Shown here: one piece after another, positions 37,582 to 41,436 of the stretch
How the letters are laid out: each line of letters begins with the position of its first letter
Numbering within the stretch: the stretch's first letter is position 1
Assembly (NCBI GenBank): GCA_944392625.1
Contig: CALXXG010000079.1
Span: 1 to 41,436, forward strand
Direction: 5' to 3'
DNA from: an uncultured Rickettsiales bacterium
Lineage (GTDB): Bacteria; Pseudomonadota; Alphaproteobacteria; Rickettsiales; UBA1997
Length of the DNA stretch: 41,436 bases
Notes under the pieces: model-generated
The model's input: only the letters and a program-made list of their open reading frames with translations
The model's database searches: none
What the model was told of the DNA's origin: nothing
Position numbers and translations under genes: made by a program

Positions 37582-39396
37582 TTAAATTGCCTTTTCAAAC
37601 TGTTTTCTATAAAGGTTAGCATATAATCCATTTTTATTTAATAATTCTTCATGATTACCTGCCTCCATCAGATTTCCTTCCTGTAATACGAATATATTAT
37701 CACAGTTTTGCACAGTTGTTAATCTATGAGCTATAATTATAGTTGTTCTATCTTTCATTAGACTATTTAGAGCCTTTTGTATCAATTTTTCAGAAATTGG
37801 ATCTAAAGCTGATGTAGCTTCATCCAATAACAATATTGGAGCATTTTTCAAAACAGCTCTAGCTATGGAAATTCTTTGCTTTTGTCCGCCGGACAATAAG
37901 CAGCCGTTAGGGCCAAGAATTGTATCATAACCATCTTCTAATTCGTTAATAAATTCGTCAGCATTAGCTATTTTACAAGCTTCAATTACTTGTTCATCTG
38001 TAGCATCAAATGTTCCATATCTAACATTATCCTTGACGCTAGCATTAAAAATTAAAACATCTTGGCTAACAACAGATATATTGTCTCTTAATGATTTTAT
38101 AGTAACATCTTTTATATCATGATTATCAATGCTTATAGTTCCGCTTGTCGGATCATAAAATCTTAATAAGAGGTTGAAAATAGTTGACTTTCCACTTCCT
38201 GAATGTCCAACTAAAGCATTGCTTGTCCCGTGTTTTATAGTCAAACTTATATCATTTAAGGCTGATTTATCGGATAGTTTGCAAGTATTTTCTAAAGTTA
38301 CTAATGGTTCATCCTTATCATGAAAAGGATAACAAAAAGAAACATTTTTAAAATCTATATCGCCTTTTATATTTTTTAAGGTTATTGCATCATCTTTTTC
38401 TTTTAAAATATTTTCTTTATCCAAAACTATAAATAATCTTCTTGCGGATACTAAAGCCGTTTGCATTTGAATATTTAAACCGGCAAAAGATTTAGCGGGT
38501 TTGTATATACTTAATAGGGCAGTAATAAATGTAAAAAAAGATCCAGTAGTCATTGCACCATTTATAACCAAAAGACCACCATACCAGATAACCCCAGCAA
38601 AACCAATAGTTCCAGCCATTTCCATCATTGGTGAAGTGATTAGAGATTTTCTAATCATTTTTAATGATAATTTATGACTCGTATGAGCAACTTCATCAAA
38701 TTTTTTTATTTCGTTTTCTTCACAATTATTTGATTTAACTAATTTTATTAAACTAAGACTTTCACCCATAGTTGCACTTAATACTCCAGATAACTCTCTA
38801 CCTTTTGCTGCAAGTGCTCTAAGTTTTTTTCCTATATAAAAAATTGGATAAATTATTATTGGAAATCCAATAAAAGCCATACAAGCAAGAGAAATACTTT
38901 GATTAAACATTAAAATCACTAATGAGACTATAGTAAGAAATTGCCTAATTAAACCTGTTAAAATTAAATTCAAAGCCGTTATTAAGCCATTTATATCGCC
39001 AAACTGATCCAATATCTTATGTGAAGTTTTATTTTGAAAATAATCCATATCAAAGTTAATGAGTTTTGAAAATAGTTTTCTTTTATAATCTAAACTTATA
39101 TCTTCAGTTGTCTTACTCATTATATAATTTTCTAAATAAGTTGTCACCCCAATAATAACTGCCACAGCTATTAATTTTAATGGTATAATAATAAGTGCCG
39201 TTGTATCTTTATCTAAAAATACTTGATCAATAGCTGGTTTAATTAAATATGCCCTGTAGGCAACAGAACCAGCACCTATAAGCATAAAAACAATAGCTAT
39301 AATAAAATAAGGGACATTAGGTAAAAAAACTTCCTTGAACACCCTTCCATAAATACTAAAATTATTATTATAATTAAACTTTTTACTCATTCTCAA
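37582..39396 (-). CDS. msbA: Lipid A export ABC transporter MsbA
   Basis: TMD plus GHSGSGKS, LSGGQKQR, LLLDEATSALD; adjacent to DUF374. Likely start ATG 39390. Confidence 0.85.
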   Translation of the reverse strand: MRMSKKFNYNNNFSIYGRVFKEVFLPNVPYFIIAIVFMLIGAGSVAYRAYLIKPAIDQVFLDKDTTALIIIPLKLIAVAVIIGVTTYLENYIMSKTTEDISLDYKRKLFSKLINFDMDYFQNKTSHKILDQFGDINGLITALNLILTGLIRQFLTIVSLVILMFNQSISLACMAFIGFPIIIYPIFYIGKKLRALAAKGRELSGVLSATMGESLSLIKLVKSNNCEENEIKKFDEVAHTSHKLSLKMIRKSLITSPMMEMAGTIGFAGVIWYGGLLVINGAMTTGSFFTFITALLSIYKPAKSFAGLNIQMQTALVSARRLFIVLDKENILKEKDDAITLKNIKGDIDFKNVSFCYPFHDKDEPLVTLENTCKLSDKSALNDISLTIKHGTSNALVGHSGSGKSTIFNLLLRFYDPTSGTISIDNHDIKDVTIKSLRDNISVVSQDVLIFNASVKDNVRYGTFDATDEQVIEACKIANADEFINELEDGYDTILGPNGCLLSGGQKQRISIARAVLKNAPILLLDEATSALDPISEKLIQKALNSLMKDRTTIIIAHRLTTVQNCDNIFVLQEGNLMEAGNHEELLNKNGLYANLYRKQFEKAI

Positions 39397-39570
39397 AAAA
39401 TTATTTACATTATATATATAATATTTTATTTTTTTGTGTCAATATAATTTTTTTAAATGTCTAAATTAATGTATTTCTCACAAATTTTGTTTTTTTTCAT
39501 ATAAACAGATTGATTTTTACTAAAAAATAGGATATATTATTAGATTTGTTAATAAGTATAATATTTAAAA

Positions 39571-41067
39571 ATGATTGAAGATAAAGCGATTATAGAGCTT
39601 ATTACAAATGATATAAATTTTGATATTAATCAACCAATTGTTAATATATTAGGAAAAAATTCTACAAATTATAATGATGAAACATTTTTTAAATATGCAA
39701 TTAAAAATTTTTCTAAAGAAGATATTATAAATATAATAAATAAGTCTTTGAACAAAAATATATTAAAATCAACATTATATAAAGACAATAAAGGTAAAAA
39801 TTATTTAATAGATATTATAGAAAGAAAAGATCCTGATATATTTTATAATTTTATTAAAAAGATTTTTAGTTGTGAAGAAAAAGATTTTCCATTAAGCTTT
39901 AAAATAAATTTTATAAATTTTAAAGATAACAGCAATAAATCTCCATTAATGTATGCAGTTGAAGCTAATAATATGGAATTTATAGAATGTTTAATTAGTT
40001 TAGGGGCTGATCTTTATAATATTGATAACAATGGACAAAATATAATAGCCTATGCCTGCAAAAATAATAATAACAAAATATTAACATTATTATTAAAGTC
40101 AATTGATTTTAATAAAAGAAAAGAAATAATAAATCATTATGATAATAATCGATATATACCATTAATATATTCTATAGAAAATAATAACTTAGAAGCTATT
40201 TATATCATAATGCAATATGGTGCTGATCTTAACAGGAAAATTTTTAATAATATGACACCATTGATGTATGCCATTGATAAAAACAATATAGATATAATTT
40301 CTGCTTTATTATCCTTAAATGTTGATATTTATAGTATTGATGATTTTGGTAGAAATATAATAATGCATGCATCTTTTAACAGAAATATTGAAATACTTAT
40401 ACTATTATTAAATAGAATTACACCATCTAAAAAATATAAAATGATAAATTGTATAGATAATATGTTTAATACTCCTTTAATTAACTCAATAAAACTAAAT
40501 GATTTTGATTCATTCAACGCTTTAATAGAGCATGGTGCTAATATTAATCAATTTGAACAAGAAGTTATAGACAATAATAACAGAATAAGTAAAATTAAAT
40601 CACCAACTCCAATTTTAGAACTATTGCAACATAATCCAAACAATTTAGAAATGTTAAATGAATTAATTAATAGAGGAAAACTAGATAATAAAAATAAATT
40701 AGATTTTTATGCTGATGATAATAAAATTATAAATAGTGAAGATTTAATATTGGAAAATAATAGAAGATTGACTGTTTTTGACTCGTTGCTTATTTCAAAT
40801 AACATTAATGGGGCTAAAATATTGATAAATAAAATTGACAGTATGCCAGAATATAAGTCTCTTATTAAAAAACATATTATAAATGCTTTGAAAATTATAG
40901 AGAATGGTGTTGAAAATGAAGTTGTAAAGTTTTATTCTGATATTGTAAATAATATATCAAATAATATTGATGATAAAAAATTTACAAAAAATAAAAATAA
41001 TGCATATAAAAATATTAATAATATAAATTATAATAAATCAAATAAAAATAAGACTTTATTAAAATAA
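39571..41067 (+). CDS. Ankyrin-repeat protein
   Basis: Repeats SPLMYAVE..GADL, IPLIYSIE..GADL, TPLMYAID, TPLINSIK..GANI. Confidence 0.9.
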   Translation: MIEDKAIIELITNDINFDINQPIVNILGKNSTNYNDETFFKYAIKNFSKEDIINIINKSLNKNILKSTLYKDNKGKNYLIDIIERKDPDIFYNFIKKIFSCEEKDFPLSFKINFINFKDNSNKSPLMYAVEANNMEFIECLISLGADLYNIDNNGQNIIAYACKNNNNKILTLLLKSIDFNKRKEIINHYDNNRYIPLIYSIENNNLEAIYIIMQYGADLNRKIFNNMTPLMYAIDKNNIDIISALLSLNVDIYSIDDFGRNIIMHASFNRNIEILILLLNRITPSKKYKMINCIDNMFNTPLINSIKLNDFDSFNALIEHGANINQFEQEVIDNNNRISKIKSPTPILELLQHNPNNLEMLNELINRGKLDNKNKLDFYADDNKIINSEDLILENNRRLTVFDSLLISNNINGAKILINKIDSMPEYKSLIKKHIINALKIIENGVENEVVKFYSDIVNNISNNIDDKKFTKNKNNAYKNINNINYNKSNKNKTLLK

Positions 41068-41122
41068 TTTTTTTGTATAATTTTACTAGACTTTTAAAAT
41101 TTAATATTGTAAAATTGATGAC

Positions 41123-41212
41123 GGATAGGTGGCTGAGCGGTCGAAAGCTCTGGTCTTGAAAACCAGCGAGGGCGCAAGTTCTCCGGGGGTTCGAATCCCT
41201 CCCTATCCGCCA
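41123..41212 (+). tRNA. tRNA-Ser(UGA)
   Basis: 90 nt, anticodon arm CTGGT-CTTGAAA-ACCAG, long variable arm, CCA. Confidence 0.96.
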
Positions 41213-41257
41213 CTGATACAAATAATCTTTATTTTTTTTTCAATTTTTAATAGACTA

Positions 41258-41381
41258 AAGGATGAGAACCCCAGGGGTTCGGGCCGAAACGAAGTGTAGG
41301 CAACGTTGAATGCAACCATAATCCACTAGCTAGGCTAGTGGTTCACAAAAGCGAAGCTTTTGCAACACTACCAGCGGAGCT
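41258..41381. repeat. GC-richer multi-hairpin element downstream of tRNA-Ser
   Basis: GAACCCC-A-GGGGTTC, CCACTAGC-TAG-GCTAGTGG and CAAAAGC-GAA-GCTTTTG hairpins. Confidence 0.6.
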
Positions 41382-41436
41382 TATCATTTAATATTAATAA
41401 ATTATGAACAGAACTATTGGGTTAATTTAATATATA

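Noticed and set aside
41015-41221. 68-aa minus-strand ORF
   Set aside because: It is the antisense reading of tRNA-Ser.

Overview
Very AT-rich bacterial chromosomal segment, most consistent with a Rickettsiales-like alphaproteobacterium. This is inferred from a giant Rickettsiales-type VirB6, an ankyrin protein, orphan GTA-like tail genes, DUF374 next to msbA, and an alpha-type initiator tRNA. It also carries genes common in anaerobes (rubrerythrin, YhaM/CyuA-like protein). Housekeeping content: rpmI, alr, lysS, mlaE-like, DsbA-family, porin, DD-carboxypeptidase, rpmG, recJ, U32 protein, fabG, serS, msbA, four tRNAs and SRP RNA. A compact shikimate cluster (aroKAEB / aroC / aroQ / chorismate mutase) is interrupted by the most unusual feature, a 1.1-kb non-coding locus (19189-20303). 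In it, two oppositely oriented arrays of a short repeat (CCCCTGTGAA / TTCACAGGGG, period ~23-37 nt) decay outward from an extremely AT-rich core, and a second repeat family with a covarying hairpin is also present. Other items worth follow-up: an unannotated structured RNA candidate (13985-14093), an alanine racemase with a duplicated C-terminal domain, a Cys-rich VirB6 with a canonical EF-hand loop, an HNH-like motif in an orphan protein, and a HAD gene broken by one in-frame stop. All calls are by eye; no database searches were run.
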